Origin: Verrucomicrobiota bacterium
GTDB taxonomy: Bacteria > Verrucomicrobiota > Verrucomicrobiia > Chthoniobacterales > UBA6821
Length of the DNA: 28,682 bases
Assembly: GCA_008932965.1 (NCBI GenBank)
Contig: WBXG01000017.1
Span: 1 to 28,682, forward strand
Direction of reading: 5' to 3'
The position numbers and the translations under genes were made by a program. The number at the start of each line of letters is the position of its first letter. The first letter of the stretch is position 1. The notes under the pieces are model-generated. The model was not told the origin of the DNA. It worked only from the letters and a program-made list of their open reading frames with translations, and did no database searches. Of this stretch, positions 16,760-24,979 are shown piece after piece.

Positions 16760-17617
16760 ATGTCAGCCTCCTCTCTAACGCTCTTAGCACCAGCAAAAAT
16801 CAATCTCTCGCTGCAGCTCTTAAACAAAAGAGCTGATGGATATCATGAAATTGAGACGTTGATGGCACCTATTACTCTGGCTGATGAGCTTGAAATTACC
16901 TGCACTCATACTGCTGCTCCCATTCCAATAACACTCACCTGCAATGATCCTTCCCTGCCACTTGGAGAAAAGAACCTATGCGTACAAGCTGCTCATGCTT
17001 TTCAGAAAGCAACTGGTATTCAAGAGCCAGTTTCTATCACCCTGTTAAAAAAAATCCCATATGGAGCAGGGCTAGGTGGGGGGAGTAGTGATGCAGCTGC
17101 GGTGCTACAAGGTATGAATGCTCTTTTCAAAAAGCCTTTAGTCGAGGAGGAGCTGCATCTCCTCTCCGTATCACTAGGATCAGATGTCCCCTTTTTTTTA
17201 CAAAGGAAACCTGCATGGTGCCGTGGCCGTGGTGAAATTCTCTCTGAAGCAGCGCCTCTTCCAGCATGGAACCTGCTTCTAATCAAGCCTCCCTTTTCCG
17301 TAGATACCACTTGGGCTTACCAGCACTGGGACAAAAAAAAGTGGACCCCAAAAGAGCCAATGACTCACGATGAGATCACCCTTTTCAATCATCTCGAGCT
17401 TCCTGTTTTTGAAAAGTACCTTCTCCTTCCAGTCTTAAAAGAGTGGTTATTAAAGCTACCTGAAGTAATCACAGTTTGGATGAGTGGCTCTGGATCAACA
17501 ATGGTGGCACTGTTAAACCAAGAGCTCTCTTGGGAGCAGAATCAAAGACTCCAAACAACGATAAGAACTACTTTTGGAGAGTATTTTTGGATTAAAAGTG
17601 TCACTTTTCTAACTTAA
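16760..17617 (+). CDS. ispE: 4-diphosphocytidyl-2-C-methyl-D-erythritol kinase (start chosen at MSASS; the maximal ORF starts at 16709 inside a repeat remnant).
   Basis: LLAPAKINLSLQLLNKRADGYHEIETLM and PYGAGLGGGSSDAAAV are GHMP-kinase IspE motifs. The stop TAA at 17615-17617 lies in the TTAA at the start of copy K. Confidence 0.9.
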   Translation: MSASSLTLLAPAKINLSLQLLNKRADGYHEIETLMAPITLADELEITCTHTAAPIPITLTCNDPSLPLGEKNLCVQAAHAFQKATGIQEPVSITLLKKIPYGAGLGGGSSDAAAVLQGMNALFKKPLVEEELHLLSVSLGSDVPFFLQRKPAWCRGRGEILSEAAPLPAWNLLLIKPPFSVDTTWAYQHWDKKKWTPKEPMTHDEITLFNHLELPVFEKYLLLPVLKEWLLKLPEVITVWMSGSGSTMVALLNQELSWEQNQRLQTTIRTTFGEYFWIKSVTFLT

Positions 17618-17799
17618 CCCGCATATTTCACACCGATCTACTACGGAAGCCGGGAAGTCAGATGGATGCTGCGTTAGACTCACATTTTGATTTGAGCAGT
17701 ATATACACATACAGCCCTGCATCAAAATGCTCGCCTGCCTTGTACTAATAAGCTTTGCACGGCGCCTCATGACACTTCAGTATGAAACATCCGGGTTAA
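17614..17799 (+). mobile_element. Hairpin element copy K (type 1a, diverged 3' module), 186 bp, between the convergent ispE and exonuclease genes.
   Basis: TTAACCCGCATATTTCACACCGATCTACTACGGAAGCCGGGAAGTCAGATGGATGCTGCGTTAGACTCACATTTTGATTTGAGCAG...CTTCAGTATGAAACATCCGGGTTAA. The left TTAA holds the ispE stop and the right TTAA holds the exonuclease stop on the other strand. Confidence 0.9.
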
Positions 17800-18395
17800 C
17801 AGTTTTTTTTACGAGTCCGAGTTAAGAATTCAATAGGCTCTTCATAAAGTTCTGTTTCTTGGATCAGATGCAACAGTAAGACTAAGCAAGCAAGGGCATC
17901 TGAGAGTGCTTCGTGCCAACGGAAATCAGGGAGTATTTTTCTTAATTTTTCTAAAAGTCCAAAATGAGTAATGAGATCTTCAAGCTTGTAGGAAGGAAGT
18001 CCTGGAATCATCTCGCGACTCAGAGTCAATGTATCAATCCATGGACCAAAGCCATGCATCGGGAAGGCACGTAAGAAGCGGCGTTCAGTACCATGTCCAT
18101 GGGCTACAAGATAGCGACTAGCAAGACGTTTTTTAAACTCTGGCCAGAGCGCCTGCATTGTAGGGGCCTCCTTAAGATGATGATCAGAAATGCCATGCAG
18201 TTGCTGTGCTCTCCAGGTAACAGGGCGTCCGATTTGTAAATAAGATCGAAAAAACAGCGTCGGTTGTAATTGTAACTCTTTCATGGAGGCCATTCCGACT
18301 TGAATAGGATAGGTCGTTTCTCCAGGAGATTCTCCAGCAGATTCAAAATCAATAGCAACAAGCGAGGCCTCTTTAATCAGTAATTTTCCCATCAA
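17796..18395 (-). CDS. DEDDh 3'-5' exonuclease (DnaQ/epsilon-like domain protein).
   Basis: Exo I VAIDFESAG, and Exo III-like HEALSDALA with H-x4-D. About 200 aa. Confidence 0.75.
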   Translation of the reverse strand: MMGKLLIKEASLVAIDFESAGESPGETTYPIQVGMASMKELQLQPTLFFRSYLQIGRPVTWRAQQLHGISDHHLKEAPTMQALWPEFKKRLASRYLVAHGHGTERRFLRAFPMHGFGPWIDTLTLSREMIPGLPSYKLEDLITHFGLLEKLRKILPDFRWHEALSDALACLVLLLHLIQETELYEEPIEFLTRTRKKNC

Positions 18396-18504
18396 TAAGG
18401 TAGAGTCAAATGACTATGACGTTTCTAAATTCGTAATTGGCATAATTTGTTTCCTATGAAGTAGAGTGCTCCTTCTTCCCATTCCATCTTTCTGGAATCC
18501 AGGG

Positions 18505-18688
18505 GTAACCCGGATATTTCATCCCGATCTACTGTAGAAAACGGGAAGTCAGATGGATGCTGCGTTGATCTCGAAGTCTTCCTCGGGCAGTGTGTATACA
18601 CACTGCCGTCGTCAGACTTCATCACTCGCCTCGCCCCATTAGTCTTCGCGGTCTCCTCGTCACGATCAGTATAAAATATCTGGGTTAA
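18505..18688 (+). mobile_element. Hairpin element copy L (type 1b), 184 bp, between the DAHP synthase stop and the exonuclease start.
   Basis: GTAACCCGGATATTTCATCCCGATCTACTGTAGAAAACGGGAAGTCAGATGGATGCTGCGTTGATCTCGAAGTCTTCCTCGGGCAGTGTGTATACACACTGCCGTCG...CACGATCAGTATAAAATATCTGGGTTAA. Confidence 0.9.
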
Positions 18689-18714
18689 GATGAGGGATTC
18701 TCTCATGGCTTCTT

Positions 18715-19794
18715 TTATTCAGCAATGCTGCGCAGCATTCTCTGTGTTGTCTCCCAATCAATACAGGAATCAGTGATCGATACTCCGTAGCGTAAAAGGG
18801 AAAGATCTTGAGGAAGCGGCTGATTTCCTTGTTCAAGAAAGCTTTCAATCATGGCTCCGACGATCTCCCTTTTGCCTTCCAGACGTTGCTGTAAAATGCT
18901 CTTCCATACCTCTTCCTGTTGCATTGGATCTTTGCCACTATTGGCATGGCTACAGTCGATCATGATGGCAGGAGGAACCGCTGCTGCTTTGAGTTCAGCA
19001 ATAGTTTGGGCTATTTGATGTGGAAAATAATTAGCTCCATGACGCCCTCCCCTCAAGACCAGATGACTTTCATGATTTCCGTACGTGGTAACGATGCTCG
19101 TCATTCCATCCTGATCAATACCAAGAAAACTATGAGGAATACGCGAGGAACGCATGGCATTAATGGCAGTTTCAATATAGCCATCTGTACTATTTTTAAA
19201 GCCTACGGGCATGGAGAGGCCACTTGCCATTTCACGATGTGTCTGAGATTCAGTTGTGCGAGCCCCAATAGCAGACCAGGTAATAAGATCTGCAATATAT
19301 TGAGGGATGATGGGATCAAGAAATTCTGTTCCTGCAGGGAGGCCAAGTTCTGCAATTTTTAAAAGAAGGTTCCGCGCAATAATAATTCCTTCCTCTATTT
19401 TTCCAGAATCATTGAGATAAGGATCACTAATGAGTCCTTTCCATCCAATGGTTGTTCGCGGTTTTTCAAAATAGACCCGCATCACAATAAAAAGATATTC
19501 TTTTAATTCCTCTGCAAGGTGGGCCAGTCGCTCTGCATAGTCAATTGCAGCAATCGGATCATGAATTGAGCAGGGTCCTACAACAACGAGTAAGCGAGGA
19601 TCCTCCCCTCGGAGAATACGACTTGCTGTTGAGCGAAAATGAACAACATGATTATGGAGTTTGGTGGAGGCTGGGGATTGTTCTTTGAGGAGACGGGGGG
19701 AGGTCAGGCGTGTGATTTTTTGAACACGAGTATTTTCAAATGCAGCTTGGGAACTCTTTGGGTCTGCATGGGTGAGATCGTAGGAATAGGACAT
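18715..19794 (-). CDS. aroG: 3-deoxy-7-phosphoheptulonate (DAHP) synthase, class I (start at MSYSYDL; the maximal ORF to 19962 was rejected).
   Basis: LLVVVGPCSIHDP, VMRVYFEKPRTTIGWKGLISDP, GARTTESQTHREMASGLSMPVGFKNSTDG closely parallel E. coli AroG. The upstream extension overlaps the divergent yajQ. Confidence 0.92.
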   Translation of the reverse strand: MSYSYDLTHADPKSSQAAFENTRVQKITRLTSPRLLKEQSPASTKLHNHVVHFRSTASRILRGEDPRLLVVVGPCSIHDPIAAIDYAERLAHLAEELKEYLFIVMRVYFEKPRTTIGWKGLISDPYLNDSGKIEEGIIIARNLLLKIAELGLPAGTEFLDPIIPQYIADLITWSAIGARTTESQTHREMASGLSMPVGFKNSTDGYIETAINAMRSSRIPHSFLGIDQDGMTSIVTTYGNHESHLVLRGGRHGANYFPHQIAQTIAELKAAAVPPAIMIDCSHANSGKDPMQQEEVWKSILQQRLEGKREIVGAMIESFLEQGNQPLPQDLSLLRYGVSITDSCIDWETTQRMLRSIAE

Positions 19795-19839
19795 TTTTTC
19801 TAGACTAGGATTTTTAAAATAATATGGCAAGATCACCCC

Positions 19840-20328
19840 ATGCCTACTTTTGATATTGTCTCTGAAATAGAACGGATGGAAATTGAAAACGCTGTGAATC
19901 AAGCTCGTAAGGAGCTTGCAACACGGTTTGATTTTAAAGGTAGTGTTGTTACAATCGAACAACCCAAACCAGAAACCATCATCTTAAGCGCTCAAGACAG
20001 CAAAAAACTCCAAGGATTGCGTGAAATCATGATTGGAAAGCTGGCGAAGCGCAATGTCGATTTGCGCAACGTGGAGCAAAAAAATCCAGATATTTCTCCA
20101 CTCGGTCATGCCCGCCAAGAGCTTCTCATCAAGCAAGGTCTTGATGGTCCCAAGGCCAAAGAAATTACAACAGCAATCAAGGGAGGAAAATTCAAGGTTC
20201 AATGCACCCTTCAAGATCGTCATGTCCGTGTTACTGGGACAAAACGCGATGAGTTACAAGAGGTTATTACCTATTTAAAAGGTAAGAATTTTGAAATTGC
20301 TCTCGGTTTCAAAAATTTCAGAGACTAG
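19840..20328 (+). CDS. yajQ: YajQ family (UPF0234) nucleotide-binding protein.
   Basis: MPTFDIVSEIERMEIENAVNQARKELATRFDFKGS parallels the E. coli YajQ N-terminus. 162 aa. Confidence 0.88.
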   Translation: MPTFDIVSEIERMEIENAVNQARKELATRFDFKGSVVTIEQPKPETIILSAQDSKKLQGLREIMIGKLAKRNVDLRNVEQKNPDISPLGHARQELLIKQGLDGPKAKEITTAIKGGKFKVQCTLQDRHVRVTGTKRDELQEVITYLKGKNFEIALGFKNFRD

Positions 20329-20356
20329 CCCGCTCGTCTTGCCCTTTCAGGGATGC

Positions 20357-20460
20357 TTAACGCGCATATTTCATACTGCCCAATCACAATTCGAGACCAA
20401 CGCAGTAATGAGGAGCTTTCCACAAGCCGTAATAGATTTAGTGTGAAATATCTGGGCTAG
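20357..20460 (-). mobile_element. Hairpin element copy M (type 3), reverse orientation, 104 bp with an 80-bp internal deletion.
   Basis: Its reverse complement, CTAGCCCAGATATTTCACACTAAATCTATTACGGCTTGTGGAAAGCTCCTCATTACTGCGTTGGTCTCGAATTGTGATTGGGCAGTATGAAATATGCGCGTTAA, follows J3 up to GGGCAGTA and then jumps to the 3' TIR. Its end encodes the last 7 codons and the stop of the 20438-21283 gene. Confidence 0.85.
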
Positions 20461-21283
20461 TTTCTTGATGCTTTTTCTTTTGAAGTAGAACCCACAACCA
20501 AGCTCCACCAAAGTTCTCATCACGCTCTGCACGAATTAATTTTTCAAATCGGTGGAGTAATTGAATGACAAGATCCTCCGTGTGATCCCAGGAAACCGCT
20601 TCAAAAGGACCTCCAGCTCCCTGTTCCATATTTGTTCCCATATCGTAGAGTAAAAAACCTTCAGGTTTCAGAACACGTGCATGCTCTCTCATCATTGCTT
20701 CCAGATCGAAAGCATGATCCACGCAATTGGTGTAGAGCATATCAATCGAATTCTCTTTCTCCTGAAGCTTCATAAAATCACCTGCACGAACAATACGGTT
20801 GTCAGGACCAGGATTGAGATCGATTCCGTAAGCATTAAAAAACCCTAGATCGTGTAATACTTCCACTTCTGTTCCCTGGCGGGCACCTGAGCAGAGAATC
20901 ACCGCATCTCGTGAAAGGAGCTGTGTCAAATGTTTGAAGCGGCTGTAAAATTTCAAACGATACTCGCAAATATCCCAATTACTAAATCCTCCTTTCATCT
21001 TGAGCATTTCATCAAGCTTCTGCTGCTGATGTGTCACATATTCGTCGTAGCTGGAATAGTCCCTTTTGAGAAGATCACCCTCTTTTTCCGATTTCCAACC
21101 TCCTTCACCATGGTGCTTGAGACGGACCTCATGCTTATCACGCTCATGTTGATAATTCGCATCCTGCATCTTCCGAAGTTTGCGAATGTATCCATACCCT
21201 CCTGGAATAACGAGATGCAGGGCTGTTTTGAACCAGAACCGTGGATAAAATGAGGGAAGAAGCGTGTGTCGAAGGTAGGCCAT
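20438..21283 (-). CDS. Class I SAM-dependent methyltransferase whose C-terminus is encoded by element copy M.
   Basis: Rossmann-like ILCSGARQGTEVEVL...GIDLNP and LYTNCVDHAFD...LKPEGFLL. The terminal SPDISH-stop is a translation of AGCCCAGATATTTCACACTAA (element TIR). Confidence 0.75.
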   Translation of the reverse strand: MAYLRHTLLPSFYPRFWFKTALHLVIPGGYGYIRKLRKMQDANYQHERDKHEVRLKHHGEGGWKSEKEGDLLKRDYSSYDEYVTHQQQKLDEMLKMKGGFSNWDICEYRLKFYSRFKHLTQLLSRDAVILCSGARQGTEVEVLHDLGFFNAYGIDLNPGPDNRIVRAGDFMKLQEKENSIDMLYTNCVDHAFDLEAMMREHARVLKPEGFLLYDMGTNMEQGAGGPFEAVSWDHTEDLVIQLLHRFEKLIRAERDENFGGAWLWVLLQKKKHQETSPDISH

Positions 21284-21386
21284 AAAATCAGCCTGCAGGC
21301 TACAACCTTCAGGCTTCAGGCTGAAGAAAAAAATATTTTAGGAGAAAATAAATGTTTAAAATCTAATATTGCTCAGGACTGAAGTA

Positions 21387-21441
21387 CCCATCATCCGTTA
21401 TTCATTACCCATGATACTTTAGTATGAAATATCTGGGTGAA
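21387..21441 (+). repeat. Degenerate 3'-end remnant of a hairpin element (copy N).
   Basis: CCCATCATCCGTTATTCATTACCCATGATACTTTAGTATGAAATATCTGGGTGAA, compared with the consensus CCCCATCAGCCTTCGCGGCCTCCTCGTCACGATCAGTATGAAATATCCGGGTTAA. It ends 3 nt from the stop of the 21445-22335 gene. Confidence 0.55.
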
Positions 21442-21444
21442 ATT

Positions 21445-22335
21445 TTATCCTCGTAAAAACATTTTCCAAAAAAGAGTAAGTGGTCCTTCAAGGTAGAGAA
21501 TATCGTGTTTAAAAGCCCCTACGTAGTGGCGGGTGATACTTTTTTTATCGCGAAAGAATCCCCAACTAATTTCATAGGTGAAAGGAAGTGCTCCTCCATG
21601 ATTCCAGTGAGAAGCCATCAGTGCGTAGAGGGTCTGTTCAAAAAATTGAGGATGGTGGGCCGTTGTTTCGAAGGTGATGAGGAGTTGTTCGGCAAGTTCG
21701 AGTGAGAGAGCTTTTTTAGGAACAAGCATGAGTCCACTGTTAAAACGGGGCCATAGATTCACCCCCATTTTTTGTTCAATCTCTTCCCGAGGAATACAAT
21801 ATTTTTCCTTCGTATCTTCGTTGTAAAAAAAATCTTCACTTTCTCCATCGGCCCAATCCAAGATTTCTTCTGGTTTGCGATAAAAAAGAACATCGGAATC
21901 GAGGAAGATAAATCGTTCACCTAATGCAAAAACAGGAATATCAAAAAATTTCAAAAAAAGATTATGCTTTGAGCGATGTGCCCAACATGCAGGATAGTTT
22001 GCTAACGCTTGTTGGACTCGTGCCTCAGATTCCTCTCTGGAAATAAAATGAACCCCAGGCAACACTGCCTCTATACGACAGCGTTCTTTTTCTTCAACCG
22101 ATCCATCTTCATGAATGAAAATATTCCAACGTCGTTCTGTAAAAAATTCAAAACTCACTGCAGCAAGGAGGCCTGCATGCCATGTCTTAGAGGAGACCAG
22201 CAAATGAACTGATATATCAGGATTCTGGAGTTTCTCTAAGCCAGGACGCTTTGAAAGGGTTGCAACCAAGGTTCCTAGAGCATGCCCACATTTGCTAAGT
22301 AGTAAGCGTGCAAGAGTACGGAGTGATCGGGTCAT
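21445..22335 (-). CDS. Putative GT-A fold (GT8-like) glycosyltransferase.
   Basis: FIFLDSDVLF (DxD-type motif) and RFNSGLMLVP resemble GT8 nucleotide-sugar transferases. There are no other recognisable motifs. Confidence 0.55.
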   Translation of the reverse strand: MTRSLRTLARLLLSKCGHALGTLVATLSKRPGLEKLQNPDISVHLLVSSKTWHAGLLAAVSFEFFTERRWNIFIHEDGSVEEKERCRIEAVLPGVHFISREESEARVQQALANYPACWAHRSKHNLFLKFFDIPVFALGERFIFLDSDVLFYRKPEEILDWADGESEDFFYNEDTKEKYCIPREEIEQKMGVNLWPRFNSGLMLVPKKALSLELAEQLLITFETTAHHPQFFEQTLYALMASHWNHGGALPFTYEISWGFFRDKKSITRHYVGAFKHDILYLEGPLTLFWKMFLRG

Positions 22336-22354
22336 TAGAACAATAAATTAAAAA

Positions 22355-23500
22355 TTAAGGGATTGAGCCTTCATCAGAAAATTTCCAACGCGTCGCCCTA
22401 ATCTCGGACCAATGTGAGGCAATCTCCTCAGCTAGCCATTCGGTAAATAAAGGGGCTCCAGCAGCAGTGGGATGGACTCCATCAAACCAATAGTTTTCTT
22501 GCAATAATGTTTTCATGAACTTGAGTGAAGCGGGGCCTAACATCACCGTGTGAGGAGGAAGTGCTGCAGCAAAGGCAGTTTGATACTCACGTCGTTGAAC
22601 TTCAAGAACAGGGAGAGCATAAAAAACTAACGTATGAATCATCGTTCCCATCTGTTCATAAAGCTCTCGGTAATATATCATCCATCCTGGAAGTGGTATT
22701 GTGATTTTTTCAGCATTAGGAGAGGCTGTCATGGATTTCTCAAAAGCCTCCTTGGTCTTTGTGTACTCAAAAGTTCCTTTAGTTTTTTGAAGAGGACAAA
22801 ATTGAGAGACTTTTTTTTGATAGGAGAGAGGTTCTAAAGTCGAAAAGATTCCTATAGCAAATCGATTCAGTAAAAGATGCTCTAGCATAATCCAGGTGAG
22901 ATTTTTATTCTCCTGAAGACTTGCCTTTAAGGATTTCCAAGCCATTAGTGCGTTGTGCGGTTCTAACCATACCAAAGAACGTTGAGTATTGGCCTCCTTA
23001 AAAAAAAGATAAATTGGATTTTGATCATAGGCATCAAAGACTTCACTTAATAGAATTGCAGGTGCTTGTTTTAATGCATCACGAGGAATTTTTCCAAGCT
23101 CTCGAAGAAAAACCTGCATCATAAAAAGCCGTTCAAAATGATTTGCTCCAGGAAGAGAGAGTTTCAGAAGTGTCACCTCAATTCCCTTTTCGGCTAATTT
23201 TTTTTCAAGAAGCTCCGGATTAATTCCAAATTCGGTAGCACTACTTCCTTCTAAAATAAGAACCGGTTTTTTTTGCCATCCTGGGGTATGGAGCAAATGA
23301 TCTACTTGGCCACGAACGTGCGTAATGGCATCTGCCTCGGGATAAAACCATTTGGAGGAAATGAAAAATCGTAACCCCAGCAGTGCGGAAAAACAAAGTA
23401 ACAGAGTAATAAGGAAAGATTTCAACTTCAGAGGAGTCTTGCTAGGAACAATAAATCCTAGGGCTAACATTGCGAGAATAGGAATCAAAACGAGGATCAT
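22355..23500 (-). CDS. Membrane-anchored SGNH/DltD/AlgJ-like protein, the putative partner of the adjacent MBOAT.
   Basis: N-terminal transmembrane segments, then LILEGSSATEFG (block I-like) and FDGVHPTAAG (block V DxxH-like). It lies immediately downstream of the MBOAT gene on the same strand. Confidence 0.55.
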   Translation of the reverse strand: MILVLIPILAMLALGFIVPSKTPLKLKSFLITLLLCFSALLGLRFFISSKWFYPEADAITHVRGQVDHLLHTPGWQKKPVLILEGSSATEFGINPELLEKKLAEKGIEVTLLKLSLPGANHFERLFMMQVFLRELGKIPRDALKQAPAILLSEVFDAYDQNPIYLFFKEANTQRSLVWLEPHNALMAWKSLKASLQENKNLTWIMLEHLLLNRFAIGIFSTLEPLSYQKKVSQFCPLQKTKGTFEYTKTKEAFEKSMTASPNAEKITIPLPGWMIYYRELYEQMGTMIHTLVFYALPVLEVQRREYQTAFAAALPPHTVMLGPASLKFMKTLLQENYWFDGVHPTAAGAPLFTEWLAEEIASHWSEIRATRWKFSDEGSIP

Positions 23501-23514
23501 CAGGAGTGGATACG

Positions 23515-24966
23515 TTAAAATTGAAAATAGATAAATGGGACCATGCCTGTGCTCATGAAGAGTAATCCTAAAAGAAGCGCTATGCTGATGGCCACATAGA
23601 AGGCGGTATTAGAAGCCAACGCGTAGCGACTTCTTAAACGATCGCTTCCAAGAAGTGCTGTGTCGAAGAAGAGCGGTAAGATCAATAAAGCCCAAGGAAG
23701 CGAGCAGGGAGCTAGGGTTGGGATTTTGAGCGCAAAGAGTGCATAGGAAAACCGAGTGATTCCTAGGAAAAACTGATGCATGATGTAGAGCGTATCACTC
23801 CAGGTAGCTGCTCGGAACGGAATCCAACAGAGAAAAATAATTCCTTGAGTTAGGAGCCATGCACTGATGTTTGAAAATGAAAAAAATTCTTTACTCATAT
23901 CATTTCCTGCACTTTCTCTCGAACGTTGCCAGAGATGATTAAGACACAGTGCCACTCCGTGAATCCCACCCCAGAGCAAAAAATTCCAGCTTGCCCCATG
24001 CCACATTCCACCAAGAAACATAGTGATAATGATATTAGCGTAGTTTCGGGGAAGTGAGCAGCGATTTCCTCCTAGTGGAATATAGACATAGTCACGTAAC
24101 CAGGTAGAAAGCGAAATGTGCCATCGTCTCCAAAAATCGATTAAGGATGTTGCACGATAGGGGAAATGAAAATTTTCAGGGAGCGTGTACCCTAGTAATT
24201 GAGCCACTCCGATAGCCATCAATGAATAGCCAGCAAAATCAAAATAGATCTGGCCATAAAATCCTAAGCATCCCCCAAAGAGTTTCAGAGCAGCTTGATT
24301 CTCTACCTTTTCAAAAATGGGATTCACAAAGGCCGCCAGATGATCTGCAAAGACCGCTTTGTAGAGAAATCCCAAAGCGAACTTTCGACATCCTTCGATA
24401 AAAAAAGAGGGATCAAAAGAACGTTTCTTCTGCAGTTGTGGAAGAAAGGTGGGTGCATGAATGATCGGCCCTGCAACAAGATGTGGAAAAAAGGAGAGAT
24501 AGACGCCCAGGCGTATGAACGATTTTTCCGCTACCAATGTTTGTCGATAAACCGTCACGACATAACTGAGCGCTTGGAAAATATAGAAACTAATTCCTGC
24601 AGGAAGAATAATGTTCAGGGTTGTCCAGCCTGAAGTTCCTCCCATTTTTGTGAAAGCAGTGTGAAGTGATTCTAAAAAAAAGTTAGTATATTTAAAATAG
24701 CCAAGGATGAGGATTAGCAAAGAGCAAGCACCGACCATGAGCCTCTTTCTGTGAAGCTCAGCTGTTCTTTCTAGGAGCCTTCCAGCAAAATAAGAGATCA
24801 CAATAACAGTAAAAAGGAGTCCTGTGCATTTCCAGTTCCACCAGCCGTAGAAAAAGAAATTAGCTGCAAATAGAAAAGGATGTCGCCATCGGTCTGAGGG
24901 AAGACTCCAATAAACAATGAGGACTACGATCAAAAAAAAGAAAAAGGGGAGGGTGTTAAAAATCAT
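23515..24966 (-). CDS. MBOAT family O-acyltransferase (AlgI/DltB/PatA-like).
   Basis: Polytopic membrane protein with the family signature FWRRWHISLSTWLRDYVYIPLGGNR and GMWHGASWNF. Confidence 0.88.
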   Translation of the reverse strand: MIFNTLPFFFFLIVVLIVYWSLPSDRWRHPFLFAANFFFYGWWNWKCTGLLFTVIVISYFAGRLLERTAELHRKRLMVGACSLLILILGYFKYTNFFLESLHTAFTKMGGTSGWTTLNIILPAGISFYIFQALSYVVTVYRQTLVAEKSFIRLGVYLSFFPHLVAGPIIHAPTFLPQLQKKRSFDPSFFIEGCRKFALGFLYKAVFADHLAAFVNPIFEKVENQAALKLFGGCLGFYGQIYFDFAGYSLMAIGVAQLLGYTLPENFHFPYRATSLIDFWRRWHISLSTWLRDYVYIPLGGNRCSLPRNYANIIITMFLGGMWHGASWNFLLWGGIHGVALCLNHLWQRSRESAGNDMSKEFFSFSNISAWLLTQGIIFLCWIPFRAATWSDTLYIMHQFFLGITRFSYALFALKIPTLAPCSLPWALLILPLFFDTALLGSDRLRSRYALASNTAFYVAISIALLLGLLFMSTGMVPFIYFQF

Positions 24967-24979
24967 GTTTCAAAATATT

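Noticed and set aside
19795-19962. N-terminal extension of the DAHP synthase ORF to 19962 (415 aa)
   Set aside because: The extension has no similarity to AroG-type enzymes and overlaps the divergent yajQ start (19840). MSYSYDL at 19794 gives a normal ~359-aa class I enzyme.
21289-21335. Palindromes AGCCTGCAGGCT and CTTCAGGCTTCAGGCTGAAG followed by AAAAAAA, as a terminator
   Set aside because: On the + strand the hairpin is followed by an A-run, and no + gene ends here. On the - strand the T-run precedes the hairpin. It lies in the 5' leader of the methyltransferase gene and has no terminator geometry.
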